DNA of 64,000 bases, from positions 20,724 to 84,723 of the forward strand of contig JACRHD010000018.1 of the NCBI GenBank assembly GCA_016234115.1. Direction: 5' to 3'. This document shows, piece after piece, positions 17,943 through 25,798 of the stretch (its first letter is position 1; every line of letters starts with the position of its first letter). The position numbers and the translations under genes are program-made. Source of the stretch: Nitrospirota bacterium. GTDB lineage: Bacteria; Nitrospirota; Thermodesulfovibrionia; UBA6902. The notes beneath the pieces were generated by a model. That model had not been told where the DNA came from, made no database searches, and saw only the letters and a program-made list of their open reading frames with translations.

Positions 17943-19328
17943 TCACGTTGATAATCCTCTTATAATCCGCTCGGCTATTTTTTCCATCTTCATGGATCTT
18001 GATCCCTTTACCAGCACGGTATCTCCTTCTTTCAACAGGGTCATGATGCCTTCCGCAGCCTCTTCCGAATCTCTGAAGGTGTAAATTTCGGGACCGGTCT
18101 TTTTTTCTTTGATGTTTATGCAATCTTCCGCGGCCATACTCATCATCCGGCCGACGGCCATAAACACATCAACGCCTGCCCCTGATATCATCCTGCCGAG
18201 TTCTTTGTGGGCGTCGTCTGAAAATTCATCGAGCTCACCCATATCGCCCAGCACGGCGACCTTTCTTCCCAGGGCAGCCACCCGGATGGTCTCTTTCAGC
18301 GACTCTTCCATGGATGACGGGTTGGCATTGTAAGAATCATTTATCAAAGTTATTCCTTTTATCTTCCTGATCTCGAACCTCATCTTGCAGGCGCTGAAGG
18401 CTTCAAGCGCCGCCTTTATTTCCTCCAGGGGAACTCCTAAGGAAAAGCCCGCGGCAGCGGCAGCGAGCGCGTTATATACGTTAAACTTTCCATGCACGCT
18501 CAAATTTATGGGTATGCTGCCCGATTCTCTGAATTCCAGCGTAAACCCTGTCCCGCTTTCAGTGGCCCTGACCCCTTTGGCCATGACATGGGCCTCATTA
18601 TTTATTGAAAAGGTAATGACGTCGCCGTTGAATCTGCCCGCTTCGGCAAGCCCTTCCATTAAAAATCCGTCATCGGCATTGACCGCGGCAACTTGGAGTC
18701 CGTGCAGGATTTCGAGTTTTGCGTTCCGGACTGCTTCATGACTGCCGAGCCTGCCTAAATGGGCGGTCCCTATATTGGTAATTATTCCGTGTGTCGGGAC
18801 CGCTATCTCGCATAACCTTTTTATCTCCCCCGGGGCGTTCATCCCCATTTCAAGGACCACGGCCTCGTGGATATTCTCAAGCCTCGTCAGGCTCAGCGGC
18901 AAACCGATATGGTTATTCAGGTTGCCCTCGTTTTTAAGGGTCCTGAATCTCCTTGAGAGGACCGCGTACACCATTTCCTTTGTCGTCGTCTTTCCGCTGC
19001 TGCCTGTTATGGCGATTACCGGGACGTCCTTCTTCATCCGCATGAAATGGGCGAAATCCTGCAACGCGCTCAGCGTGTCCTTCACCCGGATTATCACCTT
19101 GCCCTTCGGCAGCGCTCCCTGCATTGACGACACCACCGCGCCGTCTCCTTTCAAAAGGGCCTTATCCAGGAAGGCATGCCCGTCGAAGTTATCGCCGCGC
19201 AGGGCAAAAAATATCTCTCCTTCCGCTATCGTCCTGGAATCTATCGAGACGCCGCTGAAGGCCATCGAACGTCCCGATAACAATTCTCCGCCTGTTGCCT
19301 TGAGAATGTCGTCTACGGTTATTGACAT
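17943..19328 (-). CDS. murF: UDP-N-acetylmuramoyl-tripeptide--D-alanyl-D-alanine ligase
   Basis: ITGSSGKTTTK, NLNNHIGLP, LEMGMN, NDSYNANP, VLGDMGELD, VKGSR. Confidence 0.97.
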   Translation of the reverse strand: MSITVDDILKATGGELLSGRSMAFSGVSIDSRTIAEGEIFFALRGDNFDGHAFLDKALLKGDGAVVSSMQGALPKGKVIIRVKDTLSALQDFAHFMRMKKDVPVIAITGSSGKTTTKEMVYAVLSRRFRTLKNEGNLNNHIGLPLSLTRLENIHEAVVLEMGMNAPGEIKRLCEIAVPTHGIITNIGTAHLGRLGSHEAVRNAKLEILHGLQVAAVNADDGFLMEGLAEAGRFNGDVITFSINNEAHVMAKGVRATESGTGFTLEFRESGSIPINLSVHGKFNVYNALAAAAAGFSLGVPLEEIKAALEAFSACKMRFEIRKIKGITLINDSYNANPSSMEESLKETIRVAALGRKVAVLGDMGELDEFSDDAHKELGRMISGAGVDVFMAVGRMMSMAAEDCINIKEKKTGPEIYTFRDSEEAAEGIMTLLKEGDTVLVKGSRSMKMEKIAERIIRGLST

Positions 19329-19410
19329 AATTCAAAATTCAACATTCAAGATTCAAAACCGGACATTCAGACAAGCTTAATCTTGAATGTTGAATTTTGA
19401 ATCTTGAATT
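19329..19410. repeat. Near-perfect heptamer inverted repeat (AATTCAA/CATTCAA/GATTCAA) spanning the murE stop to the murF ATG
   Basis: aattcaaaattcaacattcaagattcaa ... aatcttgaatgttgaattttgaatcttgaatt; gives MurE the tail IQDSKFNIQD. Confidence 0.92.
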
Positions 19411-20933
19411 GCTTTTTTTATGACCTCCTCATCGCTGAAGTGATGTCTCACTCCCTTAATCTCCTGGTAATTCTCATGGCCCTTGCCGGCAACAAGCACC
19501 GTGTCTCCGTCCTTTGCCATGAAGACCGCCTCCCTGATGGCCTCCGACCTGTCGGGCCGGACCGAATAATTGCCGCGCACGCCTTTTAATATGTCATCTA
19601 TTATTGCCCCCGGCTCTTCATTCCTGGGGTTGTCCGAGGTGACAATTACAAAATCACTGAGCTCCGATGCAACCGCGCCCATCAGGGGCCTCTTGGTCCT
19701 GTCCCGGTTGCCGCCACATCCGAAGACCGTTATCAACCGTCCCTTTGTCAGGGGTCTTGCCGCCTGTAAAAGTTTTTTCAGGGCGTCATCCGTGTGCGCA
19801 TAATCGACAATACACAGAAAGCCCTGCCCTTCGTCTATGTTTTCAAACCGGCCGGTTACAGGCCTCGTGTTCATGATCCCGGTCCGTATCGCCGTCTCAC
19901 TCATACCCAGAGAATACGCAATCCCCGCTGACATCAGGATATTGTAAACATTAAACATGCCGATCAACTGTGATTCAACCCTGAACCCTCCAGCCGGCGT
20001 CTTTATGTCAAACGATACGCCGCGCAATCCCTTCCCGTGTACGGGCGGGGTCACCCCGCCCCTACTTCTTGCCCCTTGCCCCTTGCCCCTTGCCCCTGTT
20101 TCTATGTTTTCCGCCCGTATCATCGCTCCTTCTTCAAGACCGCAGGTTGTGACCTCGCAGTCAAGGCTTTGAGCCAGAGGCCGCAGCCTCGGGTCATCCC
20201 AATTCAATACGGCAGTTCCGCCCGGGGCAAGATAATTGAATATCCTGCTCTTGGCGCGGAAGTATTCGTCCATGGTGCCGTGGAAATCGAGGTGGTCTTG
20301 CGAGAAATTGGTAAAGGCCGCTGTCTTAAAAGCGCATCCCTCTATCCTTTTAAGGGCCAGCGCGTGGGAAGAAACCTCTAATACCGCGTAATCCATCCTA
20401 TTATACACCATTTCACTCAGGCACCTTTGCAGGTCCAGGGACTCCGGCGTCGTATGCGATGCCGGGACCTCTTCTTCCCCGGTGATATAACAGATGGTTC
20501 CCATAAGGCCCGCCCTCTTTCCTCCGGCGTTCAGTATATTTCTTGTAATAAAGCTCGTTGTCGTCTTCCCGTTCGTTCCTGTAATTCCGATCAGTGATAA
20601 ACTCCTGGAGGGGTTTCCGTAAAAGGCGGCAGAGACGAGCGCGAGCGCTTCCCTGCTGTCGGTCACTTCAACGAAAGCAACGTTTTTTTGAATGGCGAAT
20701 GGTCCTGCGTCTTTTAAATCCGCCGCCGCCTTTTCCGAGACAATGGCAACAGCCCCCCTGTTTACCGCATCTCTAATGTAATCATGGCCGTCAACGGACA
20801 ACCCCCTGACAGCCACGAAGAGATAACCGTCTCTTACGGTCCTTGAATCATAAGCGATCCCCCTGATCTCGGCGTCTGGAGGTCCGGCCCTCCGTCTTAC
20901 GCTGAGACCCTCTGATAGTTTCGATATCGTCAT
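19377..20933 (-). CDS. murE: UDP-N-acetylmuramoyl-L-alanyl-D-glutamate--2,6-diaminopimelate ligase
   Basis: ITGTNGKTT, TTPES, EVSSHAL, DHLDFH, DYAHT, GCGGNRD, DNPR (meso-DAP type), GKGHE. Confidence 0.98.
   Translation of the reverse strand: MTISKLSEGLSVRRRAGPPDAEIRGIAYDSRTVRDGYLFVAVRGLSVDGHDYIRDAVNRGAVAIVSEKAAADLKDAGPFAIQKNVAFVEVTDSREALALVSAAFYGNPSRSLSLIGITGTNGKTTTSFITRNILNAGGKRAGLMGTICYITGEEEVPASHTTPESLDLQRCLSEMVYNRMDYAVLEVSSHALALKRIEGCAFKTAAFTNFSQDHLDFHGTMDEYFRAKSRIFNYLAPGGTAVLNWDDPRLRPLAQSLDCEVTTCGLEEGAMIRAENIETGARGKGQGARSRGGVTPPVHGKGLRGVSFDIKTPAGGFRVESQLIGMFNVYNILMSAGIAYSLGMSETAIRTGIMNTRPVTGRFENIDEGQGFLCIVDYAHTDDALKKLLQAARPLTKGRLITVFGCGGNRDRTKRPLMGAVASELSDFVIVTSDNPRNEEPGAIIDDILKGVRGNYSVRPDRSEAIREAVFMAKDGDTVLVAGKGHENYQEIKGVRHHFSDEEVIKKAIQDSKFNIQD
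20039..20098. repeat. In-frame GGGGCAA x4 arm plus GTAG REP hairpin within murE
   Basis: Encodes GARGKGQGARSRGGVTPPVH; minus strand ...gggcaag aa GTAGGGGCGGGGTGACCCCGCCCGTAC. Confidence 0.9.
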
Positions 20934-22729
20934 CTACTGACAAGGTAAATCCTGTTCTCATCCTGTTCCATAGGGACATCAAGATATGCAAACGCATGTT
21001 CAACAATATTCTTAAAGACAGGGGCCGCTACAAGTCCTCCGTACGTCGCCCCCTGCGGTTCATAAACAACTACGATGAGCGCTATCCTCGGATTGTCCGC
21101 AGGAGCAAACCCCACAAACGAACTTACAAACCTGCTCCTGGAATAATGGCCTGTCGCGGGGTCGAATATCTGGGCAGTGCCTGTCTTGCCGGCCACGAAA
21201 TTTCCCTTGACCGAGGCCCTCTGCGCCGTGCCCCCTTCCTCCACAACAGTCTTCAGGATGTTCCGCATAGTCGCGGCGGTCTTTTCGGAGATGATCCTTC
21301 TCTCCGCAACAGGGGCGTTCTTTTTAAGGACCTCCCCCGCAGGGGAAATTATCTCCGATACTATGTAAGGTTTCATCAGGTTGCCGCCGTTTGCAATGAC
21401 CGAATACGCCCGAAGCATTTGCAGGGGGGTCATGCCTATCTCCTGTCCGATGGACATGGCCGCAAGGGACGTGCCCGACCAGTTTTTCACCCCCCTGAGG
21501 ATGCCTCTTACTTCCCCGGGAAAATCTATGCCCGTCTTCTCCCCGAACCCGAACTTTTTAAGATAATCATGATATTTCGCCGCCCCGAGCCTCATCCCGA
21601 TCTTTACGGCCCCGACGTTGGAAGATTTCTGTATGACCTCCTGAAAGCTGAGCACGCCGTGCCTGTGGACATCATGGATCGTCTTGCCGCCTACTGTAAT
21701 GGCCCCTGCCGAGGCATCGAACATGTCGCCCGTCCTGACGACTTTTTCTTCTAACGCCGCGGACGCAAGCACGGACTTCATAGTCGAACCGGGCTCGTAT
21801 ATATCAGTTATCGCCCGATTGCGCTTCTCCTCTCCGTCCGCCGCCGCCGGGGTGTTTGGGTCGTATGTGGGCCTGTTGGCGAGGGCAAGGATTTCACCTG
21901 TCATCGGGTCCATCATTATCGCTACGGCGGCCTTCGCCTTGCGCTCTTCCATGGCTGCCGTCAATTCCCTCTCGACAATATACTGAAGTCCCTCGTCAAT
22001 GGTCAGAATAATGTTATTTCCGGGCACTGTCTCCCTGATGTCGCCGGCAAGGCTCCTGCCGCGCGCATCTACCCCAACCGACACGCTTTTGACCTCGCCC
22101 TTCAGATATTCATCGTAAACAAGCTCTATCCCCGCAATACCCTTGTCGTCGATATTTGAGAAACCGAGTATGTGAGAAGCTGTCTGCCCTTTAGGATAAT
22201 ATCGTTTCGGCTCGGTCACAAAGCCGATCTCGCCCTCCTTGAGAGGCGAACGGAGACCTTCCAGTTTGCGGCTTGTTTCCAGGTCCACTCTCCGGGCAAG
22301 CCATGCGAAACCCTTTCCCTTTTTTTTCTGCAATAACCCGTTTATCTCTCCCGAAGGGACATTTATTATAGGGGCAATCTGCGAGGCCAACTGGTTATTG
22401 TTTTTAACCTTGACCGGTACCGCGTAAAGAGAATCCGTCTCGATATTGGTGGCCATCTCCTTCAGGTTCCTGTCCCATATTATTCCCCTCTGGGGGGTCA
22501 GCGTCTTTTCACGAATATACTGCTGGGCCGCCCTTTCGGAGAGCTTTTCATGGTCCAGTACCATGAGGTCCACAAGGCGGAACAGGATTACGCCGAATCC
22601 GAAAAGGATCACCGTAATAATTACAATTCCCCTTTTACGGCTGTTCTCAAGCGGCAGTCGCTTCGTATCTTCGTCCCAAAGCTTCCTTTCATCGGCCTTT
22701 TGGACTTTTAGCATTCTCCTTCTAATCAT
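20930..22729 (-). CDS. ftsI: Class B penicillin-binding protein (FtsI/PBP3)
   Basis: One N-terminal TM, RGIIWDRN, SxxK (GSTMK), SSN, KTG. Confidence 0.93.
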   Translation of the reverse strand: MIRRRMLKVQKADERKLWDEDTKRLPLENSRKRGIVIITVILFGFGVILFRLVDLMVLDHEKLSERAAQQYIREKTLTPQRGIIWDRNLKEMATNIETDSLYAVPVKVKNNNQLASQIAPIINVPSGEINGLLQKKKGKGFAWLARRVDLETSRKLEGLRSPLKEGEIGFVTEPKRYYPKGQTASHILGFSNIDDKGIAGIELVYDEYLKGEVKSVSVGVDARGRSLAGDIRETVPGNNIILTIDEGLQYIVERELTAAMEERKAKAAVAIMMDPMTGEILALANRPTYDPNTPAAADGEEKRNRAITDIYEPGSTMKSVLASAALEEKVVRTGDMFDASAGAITVGGKTIHDVHRHGVLSFQEVIQKSSNVGAVKIGMRLGAAKYHDYLKKFGFGEKTGIDFPGEVRGILRGVKNWSGTSLAAMSIGQEIGMTPLQMLRAYSVIANGGNLMKPYIVSEIISPAGEVLKKNAPVAERRIISEKTAATMRNILKTVVEEGGTAQRASVKGNFVAGKTGTAQIFDPATGHYSRSRFVSSFVGFAPADNPRIALIVVVYEPQGATYGGLVAAPVFKNIVEHAFAYLDVPMEQDENRIYLVSR

Positions 22730-22811
22730 GTTCGTCCCAAAGTATTATTATTCTGTCATTCATTAAGACCTTCAGAAACTTATTTATATTGTTCCCTCTT
22801 AACCCTTCTCC

Positions 22812-22873
22812 CGGGGTCAAGGGAAGAAGTTAAGTGATTTTACCCTTGACCCTTGCCCCCGGACCCTTGACCC
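22812..22873. repeat. Heptamer inverted repeat (GGGTCAA) after the ftsL stop
   Basis: ggggtcaaggg ... cccttgacccttgcccccggacccttgaccc. Confidence 0.8.
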
Positions 22874-22875
22874 TT

Positions 22876-23205
22876 TTATTTCAACGACGCCTTATACGGT
22901 CCTGCCGCAGGCGTTCTCTTGACGTAAAATACATTTTCCCTCACAGGGAGGGTCATCCCGAGCCGGTCCACCGCGACCCTTTCTATCTTCTCAGTCGAGT
23001 AAAGACTTGCCCTCTGCGCAACCACCATCTTCCTTTCGCGCACATGCTCCACCCGGAGCCTGTCAAGCTCCCCCAACTCATATTCAAGATTTATCACCGC
23101 GGCCTTCAGCCATACAATCGCAAAAAGGCAGAATATGAAATATAACGGGAAACAAAACATCAGCAGGCCCTTTTTCCTGCTGTTTTTCACTCTCGGCCTG
23201 CTCAT
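22876..23205 (-). CDS. ftsL: Cell division protein FtsL-like
   Basis: Basic N-terminus, TM, coiled coil, ERVAVDRLGM; between rsmH and ftsI. Confidence 0.75.
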   Translation of the reverse strand: MSRPRVKNSRKKGLLMFCFPLYFIFCLFAIVWLKAAVINLEYELGELDRLRVEHVRERKMVVAQRASLYSTEKIERVAVDRLGMTLPVRENVFYVKRTPAAGPYKASLK

Positions 23206-24077
23206 ACTCTCTCCCCAACCCTGAGCTTCGCGCTCCTTGATGAAGGGTTTAATATTTGTTCCTCACGGCCCGGCGCCAGAGGCTTTTTGGTTATTATGTT
23301 AAATACGCCTTCCTTTGCAAGTTTTCTGAATGCATGCTTTACAATCCTGTCTTCCAGTGAATGATATGAAAGGACACAGAATCTGCCACCCGTCTCCAGC
23401 AGGTCCGCCCCGGACTGAATTGCAGTCGACAGTTCTTCGAGTTCCCTGTTTACCTCGATCCTGATCGCCTGGAAAGTCCTCGTTGCAGGATGTATCCTGC
23501 CTTTTCTGCCCACAGCTTTCTCAATGATTCCGGCTAACTCCATGCATGTCCGGACCGGGCTTTTGTCCCTCGCGCGGACAATCGCCTTTGCTATTTTCCT
23601 GCTGAACCTCTCTTCGCCGTACTTCCAGATGATGTCCGCAAGGTCGCGTTCGGTATATCCGTTTATGACTTTTTCAGCGGTAAGGCCCCGGCCCTGGTCC
23701 ATCCTCATGTCAAGGGGCTCGTCTTTCAGAAAACTGAAGCCCCTGCCCTCTGCCTTCAGTTGCATGGTTGACACTCCTGCGTCAAGGACGATGCCGTTCA
23801 CCCTGAAAAAGCCCAGACCGTTGACGACCGCCCCCATGTTGGAGAAATTTTCTTTCACAAGATGAACGCTGTCGTATTCTTTTAAACGCTCCTTTGCAAT
23901 TTCAAGGGCGCTCTCATCCCTGTCAAGCCCTATCAACGTACATCCCTGGGCGCTGCGGAGTATGTCTTCCGCATGCCCGCCGGCGCCGACGGTGGCGTCG
24001 ACGTATATACCGTCCTGTCGAGGCTGAAGCATTTTAACTACCTCCTCCGGCATTACCGGTATGTGCCTTGCATGCAT
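23202..24077 (-). CDS. rsmH: 16S rRNA m4C1402 methyltransferase
   Basis: HIPVM, DATVGAGGH, RGFSF, PLDMRMD, HPATRTFQAIRIEVN, SRSAKLR. Confidence 0.98.
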   Translation of the reverse strand: MHARHIPVMPEEVVKMLQPRQDGIYVDATVGAGGHAEDILRSAQGCTLIGLDRDESALEIAKERLKEYDSVHLVKENFSNMGAVVNGLGFFRVNGIVLDAGVSTMQLKAEGRGFSFLKDEPLDMRMDQGRGLTAEKVINGYTERDLADIIWKYGEERFSRKIAKAIVRARDKSPVRTCMELAGIIEKAVGRKGRIHPATRTFQAIRIEVNRELEELSTAIQSGADLLETGGRFCVLSYHSLEDRIVKHAFRKLAKEGVFNIITKKPLAPGREEQILNPSSRSAKLRVGERV

Positions 24078-24530
24078 CTAAAGCCCGTATCCCGCCAGCT
24101 TTCCTTCTACCGCCTGTTGGTCCACGCCTGAAAGGTCCGTGACCGAATCCCATGCCTTTCTGTTCCACAATTCTATCTTCTCAAGTTGTCCGACAATGAC
24201 GATATCTCCGTTTATGTCCGCATCTTCCCTGAGGGCGGCCGGGACCAGGATCCTGCCTTGCCTGTCGAGATCGCACTCCGTTGCCGAGGCAATTACTTTC
24301 CTTTTAAAAAGCTTGACGTCCGGGTCCATCCTGGGGAGAGACCTTACCTTCTCTTCAAGGACGTTCCATTCTTCCTGGGGGTAAATGTGGAGGCAACTGT
24401 CAAACAGCGCGTTGGTAATCATAAGCTTTGTGTTATAATGATCAAAAATAATTTTTCTCAAAGGAGAAGGCATGATTATTCTGCCTTTTGGATCAACGGT
24501 ATAATAATATTTTCCTGAAAATGATGGCAT
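24078..24530 (-). CDS. mraZ: Division/cell wall cluster transcriptional repressor MraZ
   Basis: DPKGRI and DRQGRILVP SpoVT/AbrB repeats, ELW. Confidence 0.96.
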   Translation of the reverse strand: MPSFSGKYYYTVDPKGRIIMPSPLRKIIFDHYNTKLMITNALFDSCLHIYPQEEWNVLEEKVRSLPRMDPDVKLFKRKVIASATECDLDRQGRILVPAALREDADINGDIVIVGQLEKIELWNRKAWDSVTDLSGVDQQAVEGKLAGYGL

Positions 24531-24536
24531 CTTAAA

Positions 24537-24560
24537 CCACTATCCTCCACTATTTACCAC
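24537..24560 (-). promoter_or_regulatory. Three GTGG direct repeats at 10-bp period (MraZ operator-like)
   Basis: Minus strand GTGGtaaata GTGGaggata GTGGtttaag ATG, directly upstream of mraZ. Confidence 0.7.
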
Positions 24561-24651
24561 ATACGATAAGTATATGGAGGCAATGGGTTCTTGTCAAGGG
24601 AAAAATTACTACTATATTTTGTGTCTTATTGCAGGAAGATATACTGTAAGT

Positions 24652-24735
24652 AGCGGTCAGCGATCAGCAATCAGCAATCAGTCGGAATCGACCGAGGATC
24701 TTTTGCTGAGAGCTGATTGCTGAACGCCGGCAGCT
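24652..24735. repeat. Heptamer inverted repeat (AGCRATC / TGCTGAN) upstream of xerD
   Basis: agcggtcagcgatcagcaatcagcaatcag ... tgctgagagctgattgctgaacg. Confidence 0.85.
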
Positions 24736-24746
24736 ATTAAAACTTT

Positions 24747-25622
24747 ATGGTCGATATCATAGAAAGGTTCCTGTCTTATCTGACAATCGAAAAAGGACTT
24801 GCATCGAACACAATAGAAGCGTACAAAAGAGACCTGCGTAAATTCAGCGCTTATCTCAGCGAGGCGGGGAAAGATATAACGGACTTCGGCCGCGGCGATA
24901 TCCTTTCCTTCATAAGCCGTCTCCGGGATTCCGGAAACCAGACTGCCACCCTTGCAAGAAACATATCCGCACTGCGTGGCTTATGCAAATTCATGCTCAT
25001 TGAAAAAATCATCTCGGAAGACCCGGTTGAAAACCTCGCCGCGCCCAAGGGCTGGAAAAGGGTCCCGAAAATAATCGGCGTCGAAGACGTCTCCTCCCTG
25101 CTCAGAAAACCTGCCGGGGAGAAATTCTCCCTCAGGGACCAGGCCATCCTTGAGATACTTTATTCATGCGGCCTGAGGGCCAGTGAAGTGATAAACATGA
25201 AAGTCAGCGACATAAATTTTGAAGCCGGCTTTATAATCATTTTAGGGAAAGGGTCCAAGGAAAGGGTCGTGCCGGTGAATGAGACGGCGCTGGAGACCAT
25301 AAAAAAATATATCGGGGAGTTGCGACCGGCCCTCCTCAATAAAAAAACAAGTCCCTTTCTGTTCCTGCGAAAAGGCGGAAAACCGATGACGAGGCAGAGA
25401 CTGTGGCAGTTGATAAAGACCTACTCCGGGGGACTGCCGGTCAGCGTCTCTCCTCACACCCTCAGGCACTGTTTTGCGAGTCACCTGCTGGACGGGGGCG
25501 CGGACCTGAGGGCGCTGCAGAAAATGTTGGGGCACGCGGACATATCCACAACACAGATATACACAAAAGTCACGCCCGAACGGCTGAGGAAAATTCATAA
25601 GGAATTCCATCCCAGGGGATAG
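24747..25622 (+). CDS. xerD: Site-specific tyrosine recombinase XerD
   Basis: GLASNTIEAYKRDL, GLRASE, GKGSKER, HTLRHCFASHLL, LGH, TTQIYT. Confidence 0.93.
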   Translation: MVDIIERFLSYLTIEKGLASNTIEAYKRDLRKFSAYLSEAGKDITDFGRGDILSFISRLRDSGNQTATLARNISALRGLCKFMLIEKIISEDPVENLAAPKGWKRVPKIIGVEDVSSLLRKPAGEKFSLRDQAILEILYSCGLRASEVINMKVSDINFEAGFIIILGKGSKERVVPVNETALETIKKYIGELRPALLNKKTSPFLFLRKGGKPMTRQRLWQLIKTYSGGLPVSVSPHTLRHCFASHLLDGGADLRALQKMLGHADISTTQIYTKVTPERLRKIHKEFHPRG

Positions 25623-25798
25623 TATAAATCCCTCTTGAATCTTTTGACATGAATCTTGTATCCTGCATCATTTACTGATATCCTTTGGGTAACAGCATTT
25701 CATTATTACCGATACTGTTATGAAGAATGCAACAGCGCAGGGTACGCACTTTCCCCCTGTGCGCTTTACTGAGATAATATCTTACGGGAGGACAACGC

